From: Podarcis bocagei
Taxonomy: Eukaryota
Assembly: GCA_964188305.1 (NCBI GenBank)
Contig: OZ076895.1
Reading direction: 5' to 3' (one strand)
Length of the DNA stretch: 64,000 bases
The notes below the pieces were generated by a model. It saw only the letters and a program-made list of their open reading frames with translations, was not told where the DNA came from and made no database searches. Each line of letters starts with the position of its first letter. Position 1 is the first letter of the stretch. The position numbers and the translations under genes are program-made. Shown piece by piece: positions 38,831-50,839 of this stretch.

Positions 38831-39823
38831 CATAGCTGTCAAGCGTCCCTTATTTGAAGGGACAGTCCCTTATTCCAGCGCCATGTCCCGCTGCTGTCCC
38901 TTATTGATGGATGTCCCTTAAATGATGTCCCTTAAATTTCAAAGGAAGCAGCTCCTCTCCCTCCCTCCCTGCCGGCCAGGGAGGAGGGAGGCTCCAACTG
39001 TGTTGCTTGACTGTGTTGCTCACCCAATAAGAAGTCTAAGAACAACTGGGGGGTGGAGCTTGCATGCCTTGTGCCAATCAAATCGGCTGCGTTGCCTGGG
39101 GACTCACCTTTGCTCAGCGCTTCCCAGCGGAGAGGCGACGGTGGTTTTCCTTGAGGCTTCATTTGGCTGCTGGCTGGGCTTTCTACCTATGGCTCAGAGG
39201 GGCTCAGAAGTTGAACATACCTGTGCTGAGTGCTCGGATCGGAATCAGATGGATACGTCATTGACGGCCCACTCACCCTTGCCGGCGAAAAGGTCTGTCT
39301 GGAGCGGGGGCACATGGTGGGGGAAAAGGAAAGGAGATCTCGTGGGAGGGGGGCTTTTGAATTTGTTTTGGAGGCTCCTTCGATTGACTTATGGGGGGAA
39401 AGAAAGGAGCTGGTTGACTAAAATGGTGGGTGACTGGCAATCTCGTGGCGAGGGGGGGAGCTGTGTGTGTGTGTGGCTAGTTCATGCAAGCTGAGGGGGG
39501 TTTTGAATGCTGGACGCCATTTTGTTGCACGTGCTGCTGCAAACTTTGCAGTACAAAGCCAGGCCAGGGAGCCATCTTAAGTTGAGGCTGTGTAGGCCTT
39601 GTGGTGCATGTGATTCAGATTCTATTCAGTTGAACCTCTGGTTACAAAGTTGGTTGGACAGTGTTCTTGAAGCTACCAGCATGAGTTTGGCCAGACTGCA
39701 GGAGGACAGGAAGACTGGAGTGCCTGGAACAGGTGAGGCTGCAGGTTGCTTATTTTGGCTGCTGATCCCTTATTTTCAAGGCTGCTGGTCCTTTATTTTC
39801 AAATCTGTAAGTTGACAACTATG
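38831..39823. mobile_element. Non-autonomous hAT-type DNA transposon (~1 kb)
   Basis: TIRs catagctgtcaa / ttgacaactatg, subterminal cccttatt repeats, and an exact 8-bp TSD AGTCAGAT (38823..38830, 39824..39831). Confidence 0.85.
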
Positions 39824-40537
39824 AGTCAGATGCTTCTGAGAGCTCACAAGCAGGGAATGCAGGTGGCAATATTTTCCATTGTTTATCCCCAGCAATCTGG
39901 TACTCTGCAGCATGTTACTTCTGTACATGGAGGTCCCATTTAGCTCCCGTGATCCACTAGGACAGTGTTTCTCCACCAGTGGGACTTGGGCCACTTTCAG
40001 GTGGGCCTTAGTGCCACGACCTGTTCAGTAATTCCTCACTTGTCTGCTGCACACCCTAGTCATGCCAGAGCTATTTGACCTAACCAGTGCAAGCACCAGC
40101 AACTCCTTGTTTGCTTAGACAGAGAATCTCAGAGGAGGAAGAGGGAAGGATGGTCTCCCTCTGACAGTAAAGGCTAGAGGAGGCATTGGAAGAAAATTAG
40201 AAATAAAAGGTTAATATGCATTAATGATTATAATAATACAATGGGTATAGAAAAGGTAAGAGGGGAAAGCTGTTATAGCAGGGAGACATGAATATACACA
40301 GACAAGGAAACGGGGATGAAAGAAATTGTCAGGGAAACAAAAAAGGTCCAAGTCGAGTGTGAAAACACAAAGGGAGAAGAAATTGCAAGTGGTGAGTTAA
40401 AATGTTTTTGAGATGCATGTGGGGGTGAGAAGAGAAAACAGTGTTTAAACTGGGTGCCAGGACCCTCTAATTCCTGGATCCAGCAAGTGTTAGAATTTAA
40501 TCAAGGCTTCTAATTATTGGAATAGCTAAGATAGCCT

Positions 40538-40613
40538 CCTGGTGAAGTGATAACCTGGGTGAATGTGATAACTCCTGGTGAAATGATAACTCCTGGTGAA
40601 GTGATAACCTGGG
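40538..40613. repeat. Short tandem repeat, 4 units of about 18-19 bp (ggtgaa.tgataac...)
   Basis: cctggtgaagtgataacctgggtgaatgtgataactcctggtgaaatgataactcctggtgaagtgataacctgggt. Confidence 0.8.
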
Positions 40614-43087
40614 TTAAGGGACTTGGTTCAAGGTGGCAAGTGGGTGGGGCCTCCTTTCCTCGAGGATAAAGCAGTGAACTGGAAAGAGTCAGAGCAAAGT
40701 TTGAGAGCAATGTTTGATTTCTGTTTGAATCCGAGGCTGTGGGTATGGGAGAACCAAGACCCTTTGGGGGTGTTAATGCTGTGAACCCCACCATCATAGG
40801 CTTAGGTTGTACAGTGGTACCTCTGGTTACATATGCTTCAGGTTATGTACTCCGCTAACCCAGAAATAGTGCTTCAGATTAAGAACTTTGCTTCAGGGTA
40901 AGAACAGAAATCGTGCTCCGGTGGCACAGCGGCAGCAGGAGGCCCATTAGCTAAAGTGGTGCTTCAGGTTAAGAACAGTTTCAGGTTAAGAATGAACCTC
41001 CGGAACAAATTAAGTACCTAACCCGAGGTACCACTTTATATACTATAAATTATATATCATAAAGACACTACAGTCTCCGCTGTGCCTTATTTTCAAAAGG
41101 AAACACAAACTTTGGATAAGTACCTGACACCCCTGGAAAATGCCATCTTCACCTACAGCCTTTGGAGCAACAAATTCTGGGTAAAATAGGAAGGTTGTCA
41201 CAATACCTCCAGAGCAAATGTGTGTACTGAGCTTGAGGAATGCTGGCCTATGGAACTCCTTCCCACAAGATAAATGCTGCGGGAAAGAATTTAGGAATTT
41301 CTGAAGACTGATTAGATACCAGTAGAAAATGATGTTAGTAATTGCCAGCTGATTATGCCCAACTCTGATCCACCTACCATCATTTTGTGACTGACCTCAC
41401 AGCCATTTTGTGACTGGTGGGCCTTAATAATTCTCAGCTGGACCCCAGTGATAGAAAGTTTGTGAACCCCTGCTGTAATTTACATTTCAAGCTACTCAAG
41501 CTAGTGATGGCCATTATGTCCTGGGGCTGTGAATTCCATTTGTTAAGTGCACACTGTTACGATGCATGCAAGTTAGAGCATGCAGTCTCTCAAACACCTC
41601 AGATCCTTCCCATTTTCTAAGATATCCCACACTGATTAGAGGTGCAGGGTATGCCAACCACGGAGATATGCAACAGGTTTAACATGAGAGCGATTGGTAT
41701 ATTGCCCACTGGAATGAGATGAATGTAGTGTGGGAAGTTTGCAACGTGGATATTTTTTGTTCCTTGCATTCCTTATTTATCTTGCATGTTGAGTATCATT
41801 AATGCCATCTAAGAAAAACAATGGCCTGATTTCCTGTTTTATGAGCAGCTGTCTGTAGGAAGCCCTTGTGCTATGCTTTTTGAATCCAGTAAAATAATTC
41901 CTTAAGAAAACAGTTTGCAGTTTATAGCTCACTAGTGACTAAGGTTCGAAATGATTTAAGGTTTCATTTCGAAACCTCTGAGAACTAAAATGTATGTGAT
42001 GCTCGGTCACATGTAGCTTGTTCCCATTTAGGAGGAAAATGCTGAGACTACAATAAATTGGGGAAACAGCACAGGGGGCAAGCCGTATGCCATGCCTTTT
42101 GCCTTGCAGGGCAAAAAACAGCTTGGGAGGGATTTTTAGAAGAATGTCAGGTGAAGAAAAGACAGTCATCCACCACCGAGCTTTTCACCAGTTTTCCGCT
42201 TTAGTTTACAGATCCCATAGCTGTGTTTGGTCAAATGCAACGAATGTCAGATGTAAACTACATGTGACAATATTCTTTTAATGCACTGGACAGGGAAGAT
42301 GGTAGTGGCACTATCGTTGGGTCTAAGAGCACATCAGGAAGTTGCACAGTATAGTAGCAACGCGGTACCACAGCATGCAAGAACTGGAACAAAAATTGGA
42401 ACTGGAATCAGAGACATTACACACACAAATGTGCAAATCCAGATTCTTCTCCAGATTCTGTCTAGAACTCTAATTGTGACCATATATTAAATAACAAAGT
42501 GGTTCTTTTTTCCCTTTGTCACTTGTAACTTAGCCAGCTGTAGGTTTTCTTGGCTTCTAGGTTAACACACACAAATCATTCCCCACTGAAATATACACAA
42601 GTGCAACTGTGTAGTAAATGAGCAGTACTTTTAATCACAAGTACGGAGGGTGGCTATAAGAGAGAACCTTGTCATTAGAGGCCCCCATTATATGGAACAC
42701 TCTCCCCAGAAAGGTCTGCCTAGCATAGACATTATCTCCTCAGCACCATTCATAGACAATTGACTGTTAACATGTTAGCTTGATTATTATGTTGATTTTG
42801 TTGCTGTGAGGTTAGGAAGGATTTTATTGCAAGCTGTGTGGGTTTTGTTTGTTGTGATATAGCCGCAATTATTTTGTATTTTGCATGTTTTGTATTTCTG
42901 ATTGTAAATCACCATGAACCCATTTTGGGTTATGTATGCATGTAGGTATGTAAGTCCTTTGGCACACAGACATTCTCAAGAAGCAGGAAAATAGAAACAA
43001 ATATGTAAATATCTTCTTTCTTTAACCTTTGGGATTCTTAACAAAGACAAGCTCAGCTTGCATATTTCATTAATAAATGAGTAAAGT

Positions 43088-43255
43088 NNNNNNNNNNNNN
43101 NNNNNNNNNNNNNNNNNNNNNNNNNNNNNNNNNNNNNNNNNNNNNNNNNNNNNNNNNNNNNNNNNNNNNNNNNNNNNNNNNNNNNNNNNNNNNNNNNNNN
43201 NNNNNNNNNNNNNNNNNNNNNNNNNNNNNNNNNNNNNNNNNNNNNNNNNNNNNNN
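43088..43255. other. Assembly gap
   Basis: Run of N between the PLCZ1 segment A 3' end and CAPZA3. Confidence 1.
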
Positions 43256-46200
43256 TCTTCTATGTCAATATTTTGGCATTCGCACCAGACTTGACAAATT
43301 TGCACACAATCTGCAACTAGAGAAAGAAGTGCTGTTCATGAAGTGTTTTACTGCTGCCTTGAAAGCTAAGTTCTCTCCATGAACTCTGAGTTGTGTTCCT
43401 GAGTTTTGTGAATGGCTCATATTTCAGGATGGCCCATAGTCATAATTTTCAGAAAGCTTATGGATAAAGTTTTTCCACTTTGATGAAATGGATGGCTGAA
43501 CTGTATATTTTGCCAAGTTCAAAGTTTCAGCAACTCTGTGCCACTATGATTTTAATATCTCTATCCAGGCGCATCAAAGTGCCCATGATATTTGCTGAGT
43601 CTTACAAACCAGGGCTACTGTCCACCATAGTTAGGCAAAATGGGTGGGCTTATGCACACCTAACACTGTGTTGAATTGTAGGCCAATGCCATTCTGTAAC
43701 TTGAAATGTACATCAGAGAAAAGAATTCATTGATGAGTAAAAAAACAACCCCACGATTATTTTAGATAATATTTATTATTTATATCTAAAAAGCCAAACA
43801 TTCTTCAAAACTTTAGTGCATGAATTAACACACTTGTGCAGCTGTGACTACTTAATTTGCTAACTTTACAGATGTTAGATAAAATAAAGAGCAATGAGGG
43901 GACAAGTAAGTGATGAGAACAGAGGAAGAATTAGATCGCAGTGACACTTTAGGCACTTTTAAAAAATGGGATGGTGCATCTAGTATGACTGATTATCATT
44001 TGCAATTGCTACGTTGTCTTTTTAATCTTTTTATTTAATGCCATTCTCACGAATAAAGCCATGTGTCTTCGTGGTTTGAAAGTCATTGTACACATGGTGC
44101 CTTGGGAGTTTTCACAAAAACACAGCAACCTGGGTGGGGGAAATGTCTCCATTTATTTGCGGCAGAAGAAGCTAAAAAGAAGCCCCCAAAGACAATAAAC
44201 AGATGTCTGAAATAAATATTGATTGAATTTCAAGGTTAGGAAATTGGTTAACAATGAAAAGATGGGTGCTAGGGGCCTATTGCATATATGCATCTGGATC
44301 CATTTCATGATCATAGATTGCAGGATACTTTATTCTGGCCTTCTACTGGATTATGTTGTGATCCTGACCATATCTACTTAAAATGAAATCTTACTGATTT
44401 CAGTGGGTATTGCCACAGGTGGCTGGTGCCCGATGGGACTGGTAGAGAGGCCAACATTCAGGAACACAAGTCCAACAGCATTTCCCCCTCTTGTGCTCCC
44501 CAACAACTGGAATTCTTACACATACTGCCTCCAATACTGGAGGTAGAACACAGACATAATGACTTGTAGCCGGCCCTACCATGAGGCAGAGTGAGGCGGC
44601 TGCCTCAGTTGGCAAACGTTGGGGGTGGAAAGTAGTTGGAAAGTTGTGCCATGTGGTCCGCCCTGCATCTGCTAAGCTAGCTTGCTGTCATAGCATGGGT
44701 GGTACATGTGAGATGACCTACCTCGGGGTGGTATGTTCCAAAGGGGGCAGGAGATCCCAATCCATACTCAGTGGCAGCTTCCAACTCAGCTTTAGGTAAG
44801 CCGAAAATGCATCTAAAAGCCATAGCCAAGGAGCTGCATTGCTGCTGATTTCCTCCCATGCCACTGGGGTGCAGGCCTTGATCTGGAGCGGGACGTCAGT
44901 GGCACATCTTGCCTCAGGCGCCAAAAGCTCTTGGGCTGGCCCTGCCATTGACAGCCATACCCTGATCTATTGAAACCATTACACAGATTATGCATTGTGT
45001 GAAGAAGGTTGGTGGGAGAAGTGCCATTTGCACCAATAGACCACTGGCACTCTCAGGCAAGTGGGTCTAGGACAGGCATAGGCAAAGTCAGCCCTCCAGA
45101 TGTTTTGGGACTACAATTCCCATCATCCCAGACCACTGGTCCTGTTAGCTAGGAGTGATGGGAGTTGTAGTCCCAAAACATCTGAAGGGCCGACTTTGCT
45201 TATGCCCTGGACTAGGACTACAGCCTTAGCAGACTAGAGGGCAATCTGGGAAGAGGAAGCAGCATATAAACACATGGATCCAATCCAGCTATCTGGTGTG
45301 TTTAAAGCTTCAGATCTGGATGTCTGTTACTTTTGAAGGGTGCAGTGCATGAAGGCACAATGAGGTCCCCCTACATTTGGAGAGACAAGGGTTATTCTTC
45401 AGCTCTGGCAGCCTACAACCAAAACTGTGGCTCTGGCATCCAATTTAAACTTCACATTTGCTTGCAGCGAGTTTCCATTCTGTATAGAAAACAGTTCACA
45501 GCTTTTTCAGCACTGTGGAGGCATCTTAATGTATTTGCTTGTGTAGCTTTTCTTTCTTCATCAGGGGATCATAGAATCATAGAATTGTGGAGTTGGAAGA
45601 GTTTGATTTCCCCAGGCAATATGGTGGCTCTGTTCCAAGAATGGCAGAAACCACCAGTCATTTCTGGCGCTGCGAAGTATATTCTACTTTATCCAAATTC
45701 TGTTTCTTTTCCTACATTGCAATTATCCTTCGGCTCCAACAGCTTTCTAAACTATAAGCTCCTTAAGTCTGATTTGCGTGCCTTAAAACTATTGTATTTT
45801 GGTGCGTGTGGTGGGGAGTGTTTGTGTGTGATGTGTCCACCCGGGTTCAGTTATCTGCAGACCAAAATGTCATCTGCTAGTCAAAATCCATTGTAATAAT
45901 ATTGTGCCACAGCCAGAATCCAAAGAGGCACCTGGCTTATTCCTTGTTCTTGAGGGGATTTGGAGTTCTGCCTCTCAACAGCCACTCCTGTGTCCCCATG
46001 GCAAATCACTTCTGGCACTGAAGAAGAATAAATAAATAAAAATCCCATTAGGAATGTACAAGACTGGGTGTGCTTAAAGGAGGACTCTGGGTGCTTTATT
46101 TGGTGATTAAAGCCTTAAATAACTTACACCTGAAGTATCTGAAACTCCCCCAGCTTCCCTACAAAACTTTGCAGGTGTTAAGAGGAGACCCTGTTGGCCA

Positions 46201-48180
46201 CACTGAGATGTCAGAGTGGTGACAGCCCAGAGGAGGACTTTCTCTGTGGCAGACCACAAATTGTGGAAATCCTTCCCTAAAGAGGTGTGTCTAGTTAGGA
46301 AAAGGAGAATCTGTCAACTTCAGTTTTTCTCAGTTTCTCATTTTTCCAATCTTGACTTCAGTTCTGCACATTTCCATATCAATTTGCAATTACAAAAAAG
46401 AACTTTGTGAACAGTCACCAGCATTTGAGTGCATTTTCCCCTTAATACAGCGGTACCTCAGGTTAAGTACAGTACTTAATTCGTTCCGGAGGTCTGTACT
46501 TAACCTGAAACTGTTCTTAACCTGAAGCACCACTTTAGCTAATGGGGCCTCCTGCTGCCACCGTGCCGTCGGAGCACGATTTCTGTTCTCATCCTGAAGC
46601 AAGGTTCTTAACCTGAAGCACTATTTCTGGGTTAGCGGAGTCTGTAACCTGAAGCGTATGTAACCTGAGGTACCACTGTATACAAATTCTTACAAAGCAA
46701 TTTCCTCTGATGCATTTTTTCATGGCGTTTTCAAAAATACAGGCAAGACGGCATTTATGCGGGGGTTGTGTTCCGAGGCACGGTGCGCATCGTCAGGCTG
46801 CACATTAGCTCACCTCGGCCCATTCTGGTGCCGAAAACACACCGGCACCAGCAGTTGTGCGCGTGCCAAATGCACACAAATGGGGAGTTGCCTGTACATG
46901 CATTTTTAATGCACATATTATCTCAGTATATGCATCTTTTTACACCTCCTTCGGCTGGAGAACTGCACTGCAAAATATGGAGAAGTGCACATTCCGACAG
47001 ATGTCTGTGTTTTCTTTGGTTCACAAATTGGTTCACACTTTCAGAAAGTGCAAATTTGATATGTCTGCCTTTAATGGTAACGGAATAGTATTTCTCCACC
47101 ACCACTACTCTAGATCCATCTGTACTCAGCTTTCAACTGTTGAAAAGTATTTCTGAGACCTCGTACCTTATCATTGTTAATGCTTGACTTTTGTTGCATA
47201 TGTGTGGTTATTTATTTGTATTGCTTGTGTTGTAATCTGCCCTGGGATCACCTCAGGGTGAGAGGCGGGGTATAATCATAACGATTAGTCTACAGTTTTG
47301 GCCACTCAGAATTACTGTCTGTCATCGATTGCGAAACTAATATTTTAATTCATCTAGGATTTGGCTACGGAACACAAAGACTCTATACTGGGGGGGATGG
47401 GGATTGGGGACCTCATATGTATGTTGTATCTCTTTATAGGGTTTGGAGGCTTGTGAGACTTTTCAAAGCAAATGTTGAAGATGTGCAGGGAAGGGGGAGA
47501 ATTGTGTGAGCAAAATTCTGCTGGTGCAGCATGGATGCAACGCTTTCTACTTTAGCCTGATCCGCTGCCAAATACCTGGGAATGGAATTTGACCCGTGTC
47601 TAAATCTGCCTAGATGCATAATAATCCTGTCCAGAAGATTGCCCATTGCACCAGAAAGGATTGCCACCTTTGAAATTGCATGCCAGGAAATAAATATGTA
47701 TGTCTCTTAAATGTTCGTGCTAATGGGAACCGTTTGCAAAGAGAGGGTAGTAATTCCATGAAGATAACTAAATGACAATGGACCATGAAAAACTCATTAT
47801 AATATCCTCGTGATTAGTGGCCTACTCTGTGCACTCAGTGACTTCCCTTATGCACATATTCTCCAAGGCAAACACTTCAGCAAATGTAGCAGAAGTGCCA
47901 GTGGGGAAAGGGGGGGAAAGAAATCTTAATGAATAAATAATTCAATTGTCTAAGACAATGTTCATATTACACTGTTCCCCCTTCAGGTATCACTTTTCTT
48001 TGTCTAACTGGGCAGCGTTCAGCTGAATGCTAATGGCCCTCAGAAATGTTCCGGAGCTTTTCACGATGGGCTGCAAAGCATGTCCTTAAAGCAACTTGAT
48101 AACAGCCTAGTTCTCACTGTGGTGCCTGAATTACACCATAGAAGACTGAAAGTGGAAGTGTGAATATTTCAGTCAGTCAG

Positions 48181-48212
<32 letters not shown>

Positions 48213-48524
48213 CAATCAGTCCCTGTGCTTAGAAGGCTAGCATATCAGGGATATCAGCTTTTTCGTTATGATAGAAGTTTATAAAATTATGCATGACACA
48301 GAGAAAGGTATTTCTTCCTCTCACAACACTAGAACCCACGAACACACTTGGAGGCAGTAATGATTCTGAATACCAGTTGCTGAAAACCACAGGAGGGGAG
48401 AGTGGTCTTGTTCTCAAATACTGCTTGTAGGTTTCCTACAGGCATCTGATTGGCCACTGTGTGGTCAGGATCCTGGACCAGATGGCCCATTGGCTTGATC
48501 CAGCAGGCTTTTATGATTGCATCA

Positions 48525-48872
48525 TCATCATCATTTCTTTATACCCCGCCCATCTGGCTGGTTTTCCCCAGCCACTCTGGGTTGCTCCCAACAGAAATTA
48601 AAAACACGATAAAACATCAAATATTAAAAACTTGCCTAAACAGGGCTGCCTTCAGATGTCTTCTAAAAGTCAGATAGTTGTTTATTTCCTTGACATCTGG
48701 TGGGAGGGCGTTCCACAGGGCAGGCGCCACTACTGAGGAGGCCCTCTGCCTGGTTCCCTGTAACTTCGCTTCTCACAGGGAGAGAACCACCAGAAGGCCC
48801 TCAGAGCTGGAGGTCAGTGTCTGGGCAGAAAGCTGGGTGTGGAGACTCTCCTTCAGGTGTACTGGCCCAAGA
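48525..48872 (-). mobile_element. L2/CR1-group LINE 3' fragment
   Basis: Near-identical to 21670..22000 (tataccccgcccatctggctg..., aaacagggctgccttcagatgtc). Confidence 0.82.
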
Positions 48873-49441
48873 TTTATCTCTAGCATCCCTGCAGTGGGTC
48901 AAAGTCCTCTCCAGAGCTGTCCTTATTTCTTAATCCATTTAATAAATGTAAATTATTTGGTACATAGAGCGGAAATAATGCAAAACCCAAATAATGCAGT
49001 CAGTTCAAGCAAGCCACTCTGCATCATATGGAAAAAGAGAAAGGGGGAAGTTCTTAGGATGACCAACTATCCAAGTGTATTCAGAAATATGGGAGCAAGA
49101 ATTGAATCTAGCTCCCTAGTTTTCTCAAAAGAACCAGCTGAGGCTCGCAAACGGTTGGTTGTTTAAAGAGAAATAATATTTTGAGACATACATATGCAGT
49201 ATAGGGCTTCTCTCTGTTTCGTCGTTCTACTCTTCATCTTCCTTTTCATATTAAAGGACAAAACCGTATTTTGCAACGGATGCTGGTATTTTGCCCAGCA
49301 CATGAGGAATGAAATGAAATAACTCCTGGCGAGACACTACTGACCTGCGTACTATTCATTCTGCCAAAGGACTCTGCATTCCCATGAACTATCAGGCAAT
49401 AAATCAAGGGAATCAATGTGAATGTACTCAGCGATTGTTGT

Positions 49442-49447
49442 TTTATT
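49442..49447 (-). terminator. Polyadenylation signal of CAPZA3
   Basis: tttatt on + reads AATAAA on -, about 80 nt downstream of the stop. Confidence 0.6.
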
Positions 49448-49525
49448 TGGCCAATATTTCATTCACACAAGACACTTCGGCAAGCATAATGGGACATCAC
49501 TTCAGGATGCCTTCACCTCTCTCCT

Positions 49526-50350
49526 CTAACTAGTCAGCAGTTTATCCCAGTTGATGACAGTACGAGTGACTGGGAGCGGTCTGCGCAGTGCTCTCCATAT
49601 TTTATCCGACAACTTCTGGAGCCTCTCCACCAAATCAGTCTGGAATTTGCTCTCTTCGGCTTCAACTAATTTCACAAACTCTATAGCAAACTGGACACGG
49701 CCAGTTATGTATATGGACTCTCTAACATCTTTGCTTGCTGTCCAGTGGAGGTTAGCTTTTTTGAAATAGTGCGCCTGCAGATCAATTTTCCCTGTGACCT
49801 GTGCTGTTGGCGGTGCAAAAGCGATAGTCCACTCAGATTTCCAAACGGCATTGCAGATGTCGTCGTGCCGATGGCCTTCAACGCAGACCACGAAGAAGGG
49901 GTTGCTTCCGATCATTTTTTTGTAGACACGGCAGTCTCCTGAAAAGAAGTGTCTCCTCATGTAGGACTCCAAAATGATGTTGAGTGTTTCCCTCCATAAC
50001 TCTGCACGATCTTTCCTGATGCTGTGATAAAGCAAAACTTTATCAACTCTTTTGGTCAGGTGATCAAACCTGAAGGAAAGTTTGATCTGTGGATCAAAGA
50101 AGCGGTTTCCTCCAAGATCGTTGTAGCGAGTCACGAGAGCATTCTCCCCTTTTACACGCACAGCTGTGAAGTTTTTCCTGGTGTGATTGGCACACACCTG
50201 AGCGGCCTCATACCTCATGAGATGATCGTCGTGAGCCAGAATGCGGAGGTCTTCAAAAACATTCCTGTACTCGCCTGGGGGAGCCTGTTGAAGCAAGCTG
50301 CAGATGACATTTGTTTTCTCCTCCTCAGATAATTCAAATTCATTAGACAT
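49526..50350 (-). CDS. CAPZA3: F-actin capping protein alpha-3 (testis-type, single coding exon), 274 aa
   Basis: MSNEFELSEEEK...LLQQAPPGEY...LGGNRFFDP...WKSEW...QAHYF...ALRRPLPVTRTVINWDKLL: capping-protein alpha motifs, an intronless CDS, and head-to-head orientation with a PLCZ1 5' end. The true ATG is at 50350 (the ORF track starts at an upstream GTG). Confidence 0.93.
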   Translation of the reverse strand: MSNEFELSEEEKTNVICSLLQQAPPGEYRNVFEDLRILAHDDHLMRYEAAQVCANHTRKNFTAVRVKGENALVTRYNDLGGNRFFDPQIKLSFRFDHLTKRVDKVLLYHSIRKDRAELWRETLNIILESYMRRHFFSGDCRVYKKMIGSNPFFVVCVEGHRHDDICNAVWKSEWTIAFAPPTAQVTGKIDLQAHYFKKANLHWTASKDVRESIYITGRVQFAIEFVKLVEAEESKFQTDLVERLQKLSDKIWRALRRPLPVTRTVINWDKLLTS

Positions 50351-50703
50351 CACGGTTTGCCTTTGGAGTGATAAAGCTACCTATGCAATTGAAATGAGAG
50401 GAGAGGGAGGGGAGAATAAACGCCAGCTCTTTAAAATGTCTAAAGAAAAATATTGTTTGCTCTTCGGGGGAAAAAAAAGAAATCAGCACTAAAATGTTGG
50501 CTTAATATCATTGGGAAAATAGTACCAAACATTTGTGCTCCTGAGCTTTTTCTAATCTTCATCTTCAAAGCTTTATCTAAACACAAACTAGAACCAGCTG
50601 AGGGCTTTGGTTCAATACAGAATTTTCAGCCTAAAATAGTTGCTGTGAAAATCAGGGCAATTTATTCTGAACACAACAAATATGATAATGAAAAGATCTA
50701 GAA

Positions 50704-50839
50704 CAGGCATAGGCAAACTCTGCCCTCCAGATGTTTTGGGACTACAGTTTCCATCATCCCTGACCACTGGTCTTGTTAGCTAGGGATAATGGGAGTTGTA
50801 GTCCCAAAACATCTGGAGGGCCGACTTTGCCTATGCCTG
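50704..50839. mobile_element. Hairpin hAT-type MITE (~135 bp); sibling copies at ~45074..45208, 54460..54595 and ~57083..57224
   Basis: caggcataggcaaa...ccctccagatgttttgggactaca / tgtagtcccaaaacatctggaggg...ttgcctatgcctg; 8-bp TSDs ATCTAGAA here and ACTTTAAC at 54.5 kb. Confidence 0.85.

Noticed and set aside
38922-39494. 190-aa ORF
   Set aside because: Lies inside a non-autonomous hAT element, has no transposase motifs and has low-information composition.
42326-42473. Coiled-coil-like open frame (HSMQELEQKLELESETL...) and the frame after the gap at 43256..43382
   Set aside because: No recognisable homology or convincing splice sites. I looked for PIK3C2G and PLEKHA5 exons here and could not identify any.
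45333-45896. 187-aa ORF
   Set aside because: TTG start, includes repeat-derived sequence, no domain motif.
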